NCBI GenBank assembly: GCA_963668025.2
Contig: CAXXTH010000013.1
Span: 1 to 64,000, forward strand
Direction of reading: 5' to 3'
Length of the DNA stretch: 64,000 bases
Source of the DNA: Candidatus Hydrogenedentota bacterium
GTDB lineage: Bacteria > Hydrogenedentota > Hydrogenedentia > Hydrogenedentales > SLHB01
Positions within the stretch are counted from its first letter, which is position 1; each line of letters begins with the position of its first letter. A program made the position numbers and the translations under genes. Positions 1 to 9,973 of the stretch are shown here, piece by piece. The notes under the pieces are model-generated. The model was given only the letters and a program-made list of their open reading frames with translations, had not been told where the DNA came from and did no database searches.

Positions 1-10
1 ATAGTAGTAC

Positions 11-107
11 GAAGAACACGAAGTAAAACGATATCAATTCTAGATTTTCATCTGTGTCATCTGCGCCATCTGTGGAAAATCTTCGTGTTCTTCGCTTCTT
101 CGTGCTG
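11..107. repeat. Degenerate 8-9-bp-periodic palindromic repeat element (GAAGAACACGAAG ... CTTCGTGTTCTTC)
   Basis: GAAGAACACGAAG (11-23) is the exact reverse complement of CTTCGTGTTCTTC (81-93). CATCTG triplet repeats lie between them. Probably truncated by the window edge. Confidence 0.55.
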
Positions 108-196
108 AAAAAGCCGGATCTTTGCGGCTATGCTGCTGTATGATATAAAACGTGCGGTGAGCTATGTCTAGGCTACGCATGAAAATGGGTTTGCTT

Positions 197-324
197 TCAT
201 CGCACATCGCCCACCTCTTTGAAGCCCATTGGGCGCATTATATTCATCCAAGATGCCGCAGCGCCAGCTTATCCCACCACGCCCGGTTTGCCTCCGTGGC
301 TTCTTTTGCTGTTGGGCCGTCCAT
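197..324 (-). pseudogene. Possible N-terminal remnant of a class I SAM-dependent methyltransferase
   Basis: AAGGAG RBS then ATG(324) reads MDGPTAKEATEANRAWWDKLALRHLG*. Another frame gives EVGDVR*. NRxxWD and EVGDV are typical of such methyltransferase N-termini. Confidence 0.35.
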
Positions 325-363
325 GTTTGGTTCTCCTTTTTCCGATAGCCCACTGCTGCAATG

Positions 364-400
364 AAAAAGCCCGGAACAACCTTCTTCGGCCGCTCCGGGC
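364..400 (-). terminator. Rho-independent terminator of dnaG-rpoD
   Basis: On the minus strand, GCCCGGAGCGGCC...GGTTGTTCCGGGC is followed by TTTTT, 17 nt after the rpoD stop. Confidence 0.8.
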
Positions 401-417
401 AATACTGTTTGGCTAAC

Positions 418-2305
418 TTACTCTCCGTTCAGGCTCCAGTCCATGAAGGGTTTCAATTCGCGCGCACGTGTGGGATGGCGCATTTTGCGCAATGCCTTGG
501 CCTCGATCTGGCGCACGCGTTCGCGGGTGACGTTAAATACGCTGCCGACTTCCTCGAGGGTGCGCGGATAACCGTCGCCCAAGCCGAAACGCAGCCGCAA
601 TACCTTTTCCTCGCGCTCCGTCAAGCTACCGAGCACTTCATCCAGTCGCTCCTGGAACACGCTGAACGCCGTGGCGTTGGCGGGCGACTCGGCGGATTTA
701 TCTTCGATGAAGTCGCCAAAACTGGAATCGCCGTCGTCACCCACGGGCGTCTCGAGGCTGATGGCCTCCTGGGCGATCTTGAGGATGCTGCGGACCTTGT
801 CGGGTGACATGGCCATTTCTTTTGCGATTTCTTCCGCGGAAGGTTCGCGGCCATATTCTTGCACCAAGCGCCGGCTGGTGCGTACGAGCTTGTTGATGGA
901 CTCGATCATATGCACGGGGATGCGGATGGTGCGGGCTTGGTCGGCGATGGAGCGCGTGATGGCCTGGCGAATCCACCAGGTGGCGTAGGTGCTGAATTTG
1001 TATCCGCGCTGGTATTCGAACTTATCCACGGCCTTCATGAGGCCGATGTTGCCCTCCTGGATCAAATCCAGGAAAGACATGCCGCGATTGGTGTATTTCT
1101 TGCCAATGCTCACCACCAGGCGCAGATTGGCTTCCACCAATTCCATTTTCGCCTTGTAAATACGCTCTTCATGATCGCGGATGGCGTCTATCAGTTCGGT
1201 GATTTGGTCCGCATCGAGTTTGGCGTCCTCTTCGATTTGGTCGATTTTGCGCTGCGCCAGCAATAACCGGCGTTCCGCATCAAGAACCGAATCGCGATCC
1301 ACGCCCATTTTATCCGCGGCGGATACCGTGCGCCGCAATTGGACGGCCATGTCGTGGATGTCGTCAGAGGAATAACCGATTTCCCGTTCCACGCGGTCAA
1401 GCTCGTCGCGCGCCGTGGCGATGCGCCGCTTGAGGCTCTTGATCTTGCGGGCGATCTTCATGATCTCTTTGTTTTTTAACCGGAACATCCGGACAATGTC
1501 GGCCTGTTCACCCCGCAGCTCATCAATTTTGTCTTTGATGTTATCTTGGCTCTTCTCCGAAAGATTCGAGCGCCTGGCGCGTTTATCTTGCGTCTCGATA
1601 TGCTCTTCAATCTCGCCCATTTTCTCCATGTATCCAGGCAAGGCTTGAATAAACTCTTCGTGGGCTTTGGGATCTTCTTCGTCCGTAATTTGGGCGTAGT
1701 TCAGGCGGCCGGCGAGAATGCGCGCGGCGAGCATGCTCACTTCCTTGAAGGTGTATGGGGTGCTGAGCAACAGATTGGTCAAATCCTGCTCGGCCGCTTC
1801 GATACGTTTGGCGATAGCCACTTCCTGGTCTTTGGTCAACAGGGGCACCCGCCCCATTTCCCGCAAATACATGCGCACCGGATCATCCGCGCGCTCGAGG
1901 CGGGTTTGGGCGGCTTCGCGGCGCGCTTCCGCCCGCTTGGCCTGCTTTTCTTTTTTTCTCCATGATCTGCTGGGTCTCGGCGTCCACACGCAATTCATCG
2001 ATGATTTCGATGTCCATGCTGCCCAGCTTGACCATCAATTCGTCCATGTCTTCGGAAGTGGCGTCTTCGGGTAGCAGGTCGTTCAACTCATCATATGTGA
2101 GCGAACCTCTTTCCTTGGCCATCGCAATGGCCTTTTCCGCCCCTTCTTTATTTAGTTTCGAGGTGCTTTTCGTTGTAGCGGCGTCTTCGGGAAGGAGATC
2201 GTTCCGCTTATCATCGGTAAGCGGCCCCTTTTCTTTGGCCATGGCGATGGCCTTCTCTGCCCCTTCTTTGTCCAGTTTTGTGGTGCTTTTCGTTGTAATG
2301 GCCAT
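418..2305 (-). CDS. rpoD: RNA polymerase primary sigma factor RpoD (~628 aa after removing one T from the T7 run at 1951-1957)
   Basis: Motifs: region 1.2 [11 protein letters not shown], region 2 [44 protein letters not shown], region 4 [22 protein letters not shown]. Region 1.1 lies in ORF 1883-2305 and joins in frame ([10 protein letters not shown]) after a 1-nt correction. Directly downstream of dnaG. Confidence 0.97.
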
Positions 2306-2401
2306 AGTGTTGTCTTGCTCCCTATCGCCGGTTGGTTTCGTATAAATCCAATATCAGTAAAAACAAGCCTGGCCCCATGCCCAAGCCCCATTTTATAAAA
2401 A

Positions 2402-4195
2402 TTAGGTAGCGCCAAGTTTTTCCATTTCCCGGCGAATCGATATTAGCCGGGAAAGAAGGGCGGGCAATTCCGCCGCTGCTTGCTGGCGCTCTGTTTCAGG
2501 CAATTCCACAGCCGCTTGCTGGCGCTCCGTTTCGCGCATGCGCTCTTGCACGCTCTCATATTCACGGCTTAACAACGATTTACGTATCGATTTCAGCCGT
2601 TTTTCGACTATCTCCGCCGCATGCTCCGCGGATAGTTCATCACTGTTCGCCGCAGCGGCCAGTAAACGCCTTGCATCCTCATCTTCCATGCGCTGCTCGA
2701 AACCTGCTCGCGCGTCCTTCAACAATCCGATTAATACGCGCGCCATGGGCCCCGGTTGCAGCGAAAGGCCTTCAAGGGCCTTGCACGCATGCTCCCGCAA
2801 CGGCTGGCTGCGCATTAACGCCGCCACAAAATGCACATCGTCACGGCTAATGGGCGAAACGGCGCTTTCGGGCTCCGGTTCGGGCTCCCGCTGCGATGCA
2901 TTCGCCGAAATGCGGGCGAATTCCCGCTGTACAGCGTATTCATCGAGCCGCAGTTCCCGGGCGGCCCGCTTCAAATATTCTTCCCGCCGCAGGCTGTCAT
3001 CCACCGCCAATAAAATCGCGAATAATTCACGGGCTACATCCGTCCGGCCCTCTATCGTGGTCAGCCTGGACTCATTCATATGGATATAAAACGACACAAA
3101 ATCCTGGGCTTCTTCAACCCGCTTGCGAAAAGCCTCTCCGCCCTCCGCGCGGATATAATCATCCGGATCCATTCCACCGGGCAGCAACATCGCCCGTACG
3201 GTAAGCCCCGCCGCTGTGAGCACGCCCACGCCGCGAAGCGCCGCGCGAACGCCCGCGGCGTCGCCGTCATACACCACTACGGCTTCCTGCACATACCGTT
3301 TCAGCAATCGCGCCTGGTCGGCAGTGAGGGCCGTGCCGCAGGAAGCCACGACATTCTCGATCCCGCTATCAAAGCAACGCATGAGATCGAAATAACCTTC
3401 CACAAGGATGGCGCGTTTTTCTTTTCGGAGCGCATCCCGTGCTTCATACAGCCCATATAATATCCGGCTTTTCTTATATATGGCATTTTCAGGAGTGTTT
3501 ATATATTTAGCTAATTTAACGTCGCTGCCTAAATCGCGTCCGCCAAATGCCACCACGTGGCCTGCCACATCCCGGATGGGAACCATGAGGCGATTGCGGA
3601 AAAACGCATACATGCCTCCGCGTTCGCCTTGGCGCACCAAGCCGGAGGCGTCCAAAACATCGTCTTTATAACCAGATTTATGCAGTGCATCCCGCAGCAT
3701 CTCCCAGCTATCAGGAGCGTAGCCAAGAGCAAACCGCTGCACGGTTTCTGGCTTTAAGCTTCTTGTCTTCAAATATTGGCGGCCCAAACCGCCTTTCAAA
3801 GGATCATCAAGAGTATGCGTAAAAAACGTTGCCGCTTCCTGGCCCACGGCGAACAATTGGGTGCGAATGTACTCCGCTTTGTCATCTTGCTCCACTGCGG
3901 CAGGCAGCCGCACGCCGCCTCGTTCCGCCAGCGTACGCAAGGCTTCCATGAAGCTAATGCCTTCATGCTCACATAAAAAGGTAAGGGCGTCCCCACTTTT
4001 GTTACACCCAAAGCAGTGGAAAAATTGCCTTTCACGGTTTACATGGAACGAGGGCGTTTTTTCTTGGTGAAAAGGGCACAGCCCACGCATCCGGCCGGAA
4101 CCAGCAGGTTTAAGGTCGACGGATGCGCCGATTATCTCGACGATATCATTCGCGGCCAGCACCTCCGCGACGATTTCTCGTGAATACTTCTGCAA
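2402..4195 (-). CDS. dnaG: DNA primase
   Basis: CHC2 zinc finger CPFHQEKTPSF...CFGC, FRNRLMVPI, KYINTPE, TOPRIM VEGYFD...YDGDAAG, DPDD. TTG start. Confidence 0.97.
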   Translation of the reverse strand: MQKYSREIVAEVLAANDIVEIIGASVDLKPAGSGRMRGLCPFHQEKTPSFHVNRERQFFHCFGCNKSGDALTFLCEHEGISFMEALRTLAERGGVRLPAAVEQDDKAEYIRTQLFAVGQEAATFFTHTLDDPLKGGLGRQYLKTRSLKPETVQRFALGYAPDSWEMLRDALHKSGYKDDVLDASGLVRQGERGGMYAFFRNRLMVPIRDVAGHVVAFGGRDLGSDVKLAKYINTPENAIYKKSRILYGLYEARDALRKEKRAILVEGYFDLMRCFDSGIENVVASCGTALTADQARLLKRYVQEAVVVYDGDAAGVRAALRGVGVLTAAGLTVRAMLLPGGMDPDDYIRAEGGEAFRKRVEEAQDFVSFYIHMNESRLTTIEGRTDVARELFAILLAVDDSLRREEYLKRAARELRLDEYAVQREFARISANASQREPEPEPESAVSPISRDDVHFVAALMRSQPLREHACKALEGLSLQPGPMARVLIGLLKDARAGFEQRMEDEDARRLLAAAANSDELSAEHAAEIVEKRLKSIRKSLLSREYESVQERMRETERQQAAVELPETERQQAAAELPALLSRLISIRREMEKLGAT

Positions 4196-4339
4196 GTTAT
4201 TCTAAGGAGGCCCTTTACGCCGACATTGCGCCAGCGCCGCACGCCACACGTTTACGTTTCGTTCGAAATCGTTTCGCCATTTTCGACAACAAAACGGGTC
4301 AAATGGGCACACAACACCCACGACCCGTCAACAATTCGG

Positions 4340-4369
4340 ATTATACCTGCTATTCCCTCCTGCTGTCAA
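4340..4369 (-). promoter_or_regulatory. Sigma70 promoter for dnaG-rpoD
   Basis: Minus strand TTGACA(4369-4364)-N18-TATAAT(4345-4340); both hexamers match consensus exactly. Confidence 0.8.
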
Positions 4370-4428
4370 GGGCTGCAGTCCCCAAATCCGTAGATTGATT
4401 TATATTCTACATCTCTATCTCTAGACTA

Positions 4429-4860
4429 CTAATCGCGTCGCCATTCCCATAACTCTCCGCCTTCCTCATAAACATCTAGTATTCCTGGAGCAAATGAGCC
4501 ATTACTCATTTTACGCCCCATATCGACATAAAAAACTAATACCTTTCCATTTTCTAATATTGCCTGACCGACAAAAATGGTTCCAATATCTCGCTCTATT
4601 CGAATCTGTCTAATAGCACCTTTTTGAACGTCCAAGAGTTGCATAATTCTATTCCGCTCTATCTGTGGAACCTTAGATACAAACGGGATAGAACTGCCAT
4701 CGTGTCGCTCATCAAAACATTTTCTCACAAATTCTTCGTAGTCTGAACCATTTGCGAAAGAACTTAACAGACAGATCATATCCACAGCAATCATAACTAA
4801 TAGCACCAAGGTTATAATTATTATAATAATTACAGAAACAAATATAGCTCGATCTTTCAT
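4429..4860 (-). CDS. Hypothetical membrane-anchored protein, AT-rich
   Basis: 143-aa ORF with a strongly hydrophobic N-terminus. Much lower GC than its flanks. No family recognised. Confidence 0.6.
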   Translation of the reverse strand: MKDRAIFVSVIIIIIITLVLLVMIAVDMICLLSSFANGSDYEEFVRKCFDERHDGSSIPFVSKVPQIERNRIMQLLDVQKGAIRQIRIERDIGTIFVGQAILENGKVLVFYVDMGRKMSNGSFAPGILDVYEEGGELWEWRRD

Positions 4861-5057
4861 TCTATTTTCTCGCTATCAGCATGTTCATGTAATAACAACC
4901 GCTGGGTGAGCATTTCTCGGGAAGTCTGAAACTCTACGTTGTCAGCTGATCAAAGCACGCATGGGAAGAAGCCGATGCAGCACAGACACTTTCTAAGCCA
5001 CACCAACATCCGCTGTCCAAGCAATAAACAGGATATCGTAAAAAACACGCTGGGCGT

Positions 5058-6314
5058 TTATAACGGCAATTCGTTTGCGATGATTTGCGGCAATGATTGG
5101 CGCTTGCGAATCAGGCGCATGCCTCCATCTTCCCGCAACAACACTTCCGCGGCTTCTGGAAACGAGTTGTAATTTTTAGTAGACATGGCGGAACAGTACG
5201 CGCCAGCGCCGCCCACCACTAAGAGGTCGCCAATGCGCGCTTCCGCCAGTTTTCGGGGGAGCAAACCTTCCGGGTTGCCTGGCTCGGGAGTGAGCACATC
5301 GCCGCTCTCACAACAATGGCCCGCGACAAGATAGCTTTTCGCGCCGCGCGCGCCGGGCATCACGGGCGCCACGGCAATCGGGTGTTGGGCGCCATACAGG
5401 GCCGGGCGCGTGAGTTCGGTCATGCCGCTATCGACTTTGAGGAAGGCGTATCCGCCATCGCCGGTGTCCACCACGTCAATGATCGTGCAGACCAATGCAG
5501 CGGCGTTGGCGGCCAAAAACGTGCCCGGCTCTATTTCGATATAGAGTTTACGGCCATGATTGTGGGCGAAATCCTCGAAATCCGGAAGAATGGCTTTGCC
5601 GATGGCCTCGAGATCCGCACTGGACTCTCCTTCCATGCGGCCCACTTTGAAACCACCGCCCAGGCTCAGCGCGGTGACATCGGGCAGGCGGCTGGCGATT
5701 TCGAGCGATAAGCGTGCGCAGTATTCCCACACTTTCGGGTCGCCGCCCGAACCGATATGGGTGTGCATGCGGGTCAAACGCAAGCCATACTCCTGTGCAA
5801 CGGCCAGGACTTGGTCCAGATGCGCATGCCATATGCCGAAACTCGAGGAAGGCCCGCCTACGTTGGTGCGGTTGCTGTGCCCGGAACCCAAGCCGGGATT
5901 GACGCGGATGCAGGCTTCGCTTCCGGGGCGCAGCGCCCCATATGCGCGCAATTGATGGATGGAGCAGGCCGTAAAACGCACGCCTTTCTGCAGCAGCTCT
6001 TCCAGGTTTTCCGGGAGCTGTTGGGCGGTGAGCTGGATATGCCCGGGGGGGACGCCCGCAAGCATGGCGCGCTGCGCCTCGAATCCGCTGCTGGCGTCAA
6101 TCTGGAGCCCTGCTTGGTGCAGCACTTGTATGATGGCGGCTGTTGGGCATGCCTTCATGGCGTAGCGCGCCGTGAGGCCGTATGCGTTTGGAAATCCCAA
6201 GACCGCAGAGGTTTGCCGCTTCAATGTGCGCTCGTCATACACAAAAACAGGCGTGCCAAATTCACGCTGGATGCGCTGCACTTGCTCTAGGGTCAAAAAC
6301 GCGAACTGCTCCAT
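5058..6314 (-). CDS. lysA: Diaminopimelate decarboxylase
   Basis: FGTPVFVYDE, PLP-lysine motif YAMKA, HTHIGSG, LGGGF, EPGTFL, CCESGD, GAYCSAMS..YNSFP. Confidence 0.92.
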   Translation of the reverse strand: MEQFAFLTLEQVQRIQREFGTPVFVYDERTLKRQTSAVLGFPNAYGLTARYAMKACPTAAIIQVLHQAGLQIDASSGFEAQRAMLAGVPPGHIQLTAQQLPENLEELLQKGVRFTACSIHQLRAYGALRPGSEACIRVNPGLGSGHSNRTNVGGPSSSFGIWHAHLDQVLAVAQEYGLRLTRMHTHIGSGGDPKVWEYCARLSLEIASRLPDVTALSLGGGFKVGRMEGESSADLEAIGKAILPDFEDFAHNHGRKLYIEIEPGTFLAANAAALVCTIIDVVDTGDGGYAFLKVDSGMTELTRPALYGAQHPIAVAPVMPGARGAKSYLVAGHCCESGDVLTPEPGNPEGLLPRKLAEARIGDLLVVGGAGAYCSAMSTKNYNSFPEAAEVLLREDGGMRLIRKRQSLPQIIANELPL

Positions 6315-6479
6315 ATTGCATCAAACTCCAAGGCCATTGTTCCCAAGAATGTAGAAGAGACTTCATAACATAAAAGCCAGGATAAAGGCCAATTAAAAAA
6401 ACTTGCATACCGGATGCGTTGCCGGATTTCTCAATGATTGGCATGTCCAAAAGATTGTGCATAGAGAGCCAGTGGGATC

Positions 6480-6520
6480 TTGACAAGTGTCGTTTACTAT
6501 GGTAAATTGACTTTGGTAAA
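6480..6520 (+). promoter_or_regulatory. Sigma70 promoter overlapped by two tandem 14-bp operator-like boxes
   Basis: TTGACA(6480)-N17-TAAATT(6503) with a TG extension. Boxes are TTTACTATGGTAAA (6493-6506) and TTGACTTTGGTAAA (6507-6520). Confidence 0.7.
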
Positions 6521-6536
6521 CATGGAGGATAAATAC

Positions 6537-6941
6537 ATGATGACGCCACGGCTCGGACGAGTGCAATTACTGATTATGCACATTCTGTGGGAACGGGGAA
6601 CAGCGACGGCGAGGGATATCACGGACGAACTGAACAAGAGTGAATCTATCGCGCATAGCACGGTGCAAACCCTGCTGCGCAAGCTGGAAGCCAAAGGCGC
6701 GGTGGGGCATGAACTGGCCGACCGTACATTCATTTTCCGGCCATTGGTGGAGCCGGACCAAGTGCGCAAGAAGGCCACGCGTGAAATCGTGGACCGGTTC
6801 TTTGGTGGTTCGCCAGCGGGTTTGGTCTCCTACTTGCTCCGGCATGAACGCATCTCCGCAAACGAACTCGAACAAATAAAGAATTTGGTATCGAAGCCTG
6901 AAGTCGAATGTAAAAAGAAATCCCGCAAGCACAACGCTTAA
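6537..6941 (+). CDS. BlaI/MecI/CopY family transcriptional repressor
   Basis: LGRVQLLIMHILWERG.ATARDI...STVQTLLRKLEAKGAV...FRPLV...RFFGGS..LVSYL. GGAGG RBS before ATG 6537. Directly upstream of an M56 gene. Confidence 0.93.
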   Translation: MMTPRLGRVQLLIMHILWERGTATARDITDELNKSESIAHSTVQTLLRKLEAKGAVGHELADRTFIFRPLVEPDQVRKKATREIVDRFFGGSPAGLVSYLLRHERISANELEQIKNLVSKPEVECKKKSRKHNA

Positions 6942-9900
6942 GGAGGTAGATCATGGGCCAGCCTGTTATCGGAACCGTGCTTCACGTGGCCAATTTCATG
7001 TTGACGATCGGGGCGAATCTCCTTGTGCAATCCACGCTTCTCATTGCTATTGGATTGTTTATGGCGTGGGTGTTCCGCAGTAGAGGCGCGGCGCTTCGGT
7101 CCGCTATTTTGCGCGTTCCCCTGGTGGTGCTGTTGCTGTGCCCTATGGCTACATTCCTATTAAATGCCGCTGGCGTAGAAGAAATCCTTATCGCTCTTCC
7201 ACAGATGCCGGTTCCCACAGTTGCGTCCGAATCTGGCGTTCCAGCATCGTCCTTCCCAATATCCGCGCCGAATCTTGCATCCGCCTCCGATGCGCCAGCC
7301 CCGATGGCAGCGTTCACAACAGCTTTGCCTTCGCCGCTCGAAACAGTGGCGTCTGCCGCTTCTCCGGATCTAGCGTCTCCAATGCCATCTGCTTCAGATA
7401 CAGGCGCTGCGCGCGACATGCAATTGTCCGTATGCTATGGCGTCCTGCTCACGGTTTGGGCGGTTGGTTGCGCCATGCTATTGATGCGGCTCCTATTGGC
7501 CCACCTCTGGATGGCGCGCATCCGCCGCTCGGCTTTGCCCGCATCCGCTCAGCTTACCAAGACCTGCGAGCACTATGCAGGTAGAATGGGCCTGCAATCG
7601 CCGCCCATACGGATAAGCGCCCGCATCCAAAGCCCGTGCCTGGTGGGCGTGCGCCATCCGGTTATTCTGTTGCCCGCTGATGATGGAGATGGCCCCTCGT
7701 CATATCCCGAGGTTATTCTCCATGAACTGGCCCATCTTGCCCGCCGTGACTGCCTATGGAACCTGTTCTGCCGCATCATGTGCGCAGTCCTCTTTTTCCA
7801 GCCATTCCTGTGGCTGCTGGCCCGGCGCATTGAAGAAGCCAGCGACGATGTGGCCGATGACTATGTGGTGCGCCATGGCATTGGCCGCCAGGAATACGCC
7901 AAGCGTTTGTTCGATATCGCGGAGAAGCTCCAAACCAAACGGGTGGAAATGGTAGCAGGTGTTGGCGTAGTTGGTTTCAAGTCCTCCCTGGGCCGCCGAA
8001 TCAAACGCATCCTTGACTCCACCCGTTTATTATCGATTAAAGTCAGCGCCCGGGCGAGGGTGGCGATATTGGTTTTTTTTGGTGCTGGCCACGGTCGCGG
8101 CAGGATTCACCGGCGTGGCAAGAGATCATCATGGCCCAATCATCACCGTCGAGCTGGATGGCAGCGGGATGTTCACATCCATCCAAGAGGCGATTGACGC
8201 CGCACCCAAGCATGCCACGATACAGATCGGCCCCGGCTTATTCCACGAGCGGCTCACGATCAGCAAGCCCATCACTTTGGCGGGTGCAGGCTGGGAACGC
8301 ACCGTCATTTCGATGGAAAGCAAGGCGTTCGAACTGCAGCAACGATATAAAGAACTGACCAAAGGGGCTGTTGCGGACGCGCAAGAAATAGCAATGTCAA
8401 AGGATTTTGAAGCTGAGATTAAGCAAAACCAATATTATCCGACTATATTCGTATGTGAAACCAAGGCGGTGGAGATACGTGATCTGAGACTGAGCGCGCC
8501 AGGGCAAGGCGCTAAAAGAGCGCCACGGCCAGGATCCATTTTAGCCTTTCGCAAAGCGAAATGCTCCGTGAGGTCATGTGCGCTCATCGATTCACCGGCC
8601 AGTGGCATTATGATTGCTGATGATTCCACCGTGGACATCAGTGATTGCTTGATCGCTGCCGTGAGGGGCGCGGGCATCGATGTGGGATGGATGCATGGCA
8701 AGAATATAAAGGCGCGAATTACCGATAGTGATGTACGTACCTGCGAGGATGCTGGCATTCATATTGCACCGAGTAATCACGTTGCCATTGAAAGATGCCG
8801 CATCTCAGGAGCGCAATTGGATGGTATTCGTTACAAAGATGCATCACCTTCCATAATAGGAAACCTATTTTTTGATAACAACCGCTCCGGGATCTACGCT
8901 TCCGGGAAGACGGCCGCCATGGTGAAAAATAATGTATTTTACCGAAATGCCATGAATGGGATTTCTTGTAGCAAGCAAAATCGTGACCGAATTGATGGCA
9001 ATACATTCGCGAAGAACCTGCAAGAAGGGCTGGCAGTCATAGACGCTTCTGAACCTATTATTCGCCGGAATGTGTTTTGGAGCCATCCGGTTGCTATCAC
9101 ATGCCGGGATTTTCGCGATGAACCTAAGGTCATGCATGATCCTGAATTCGAGCAGAATCTTTTTTGGGAAAACGAGAATCATGTCACGAGAGCATCAATG
9201 GAAAGAGATATCGAGGATGTTGTGCTCTCGATGCGTGAAGAAGAAGGCAACTTAGTGGCAGATCCTTGTTTTCTATCTAGTTCAGAATCGGCCCCCGATT
9301 TCACGATGATGGCCGGTTCTGTAGCGGCAAAACATGGCATGGGTGCGTCCAATCCCCTTTCTTTTAGGAGCCCTTGGCCATTGCAGCCTGAAGAACAAGC
9401 CATAATACTAACACCGTCGTATCATAAAAAAAATGAAGAGGATAACATCCTTGCCTGGTCATGCCTAGATACATACATGCCGCCTGATCCAGCATATTTA
9501 CCTGATGATCCCGAGGGTGGGAAGGCATTGGATGAATTATATGATGCGGTGGACAAGGACGCTCGCCCGGCTGACGAAGTCGTGCGGACGGTTCGGAATG
9601 GATTGCGCAGGACGAAGCATGACCAGGGAGATATCTTGCGGTGGTTCGGGAATCGGTTTATCTGTGGCAAGGATCCGCAATTGCTGGAAGCAATCGAACT
9701 CATGTATCACGCGACGTCGCTGAATCGAAAGGTGGCCATCAACTTTGGGCTTTTGCCGGTGAAATATAAATCTCCAAATATCCTTAAAGTATTGACCGAC
9801 ATCGCGATGACAATGGATGACCCGAACGATCTCGATGAAATTGCTTTAGGCTGCGATGGGAATGAAGACAGCCTTATCTATTATCTCGAACCCTATCTCA

Positions 9901-9973
9901 GGTCGGACGATGAAACCATGCGAGAGAAAGCAAAGAACCTCGAACGCATTTTTAACGGCGAGTTAAGAAAATC

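Noticed and set aside
1883-1998. Programmed ribosomal frameshift or split sigma factor in rpoD
   Set aside because: The same +1 homopolymer pattern affects several unrelated genes and differs between otherwise identical IS copies. Sequencing error is the simpler explanation.
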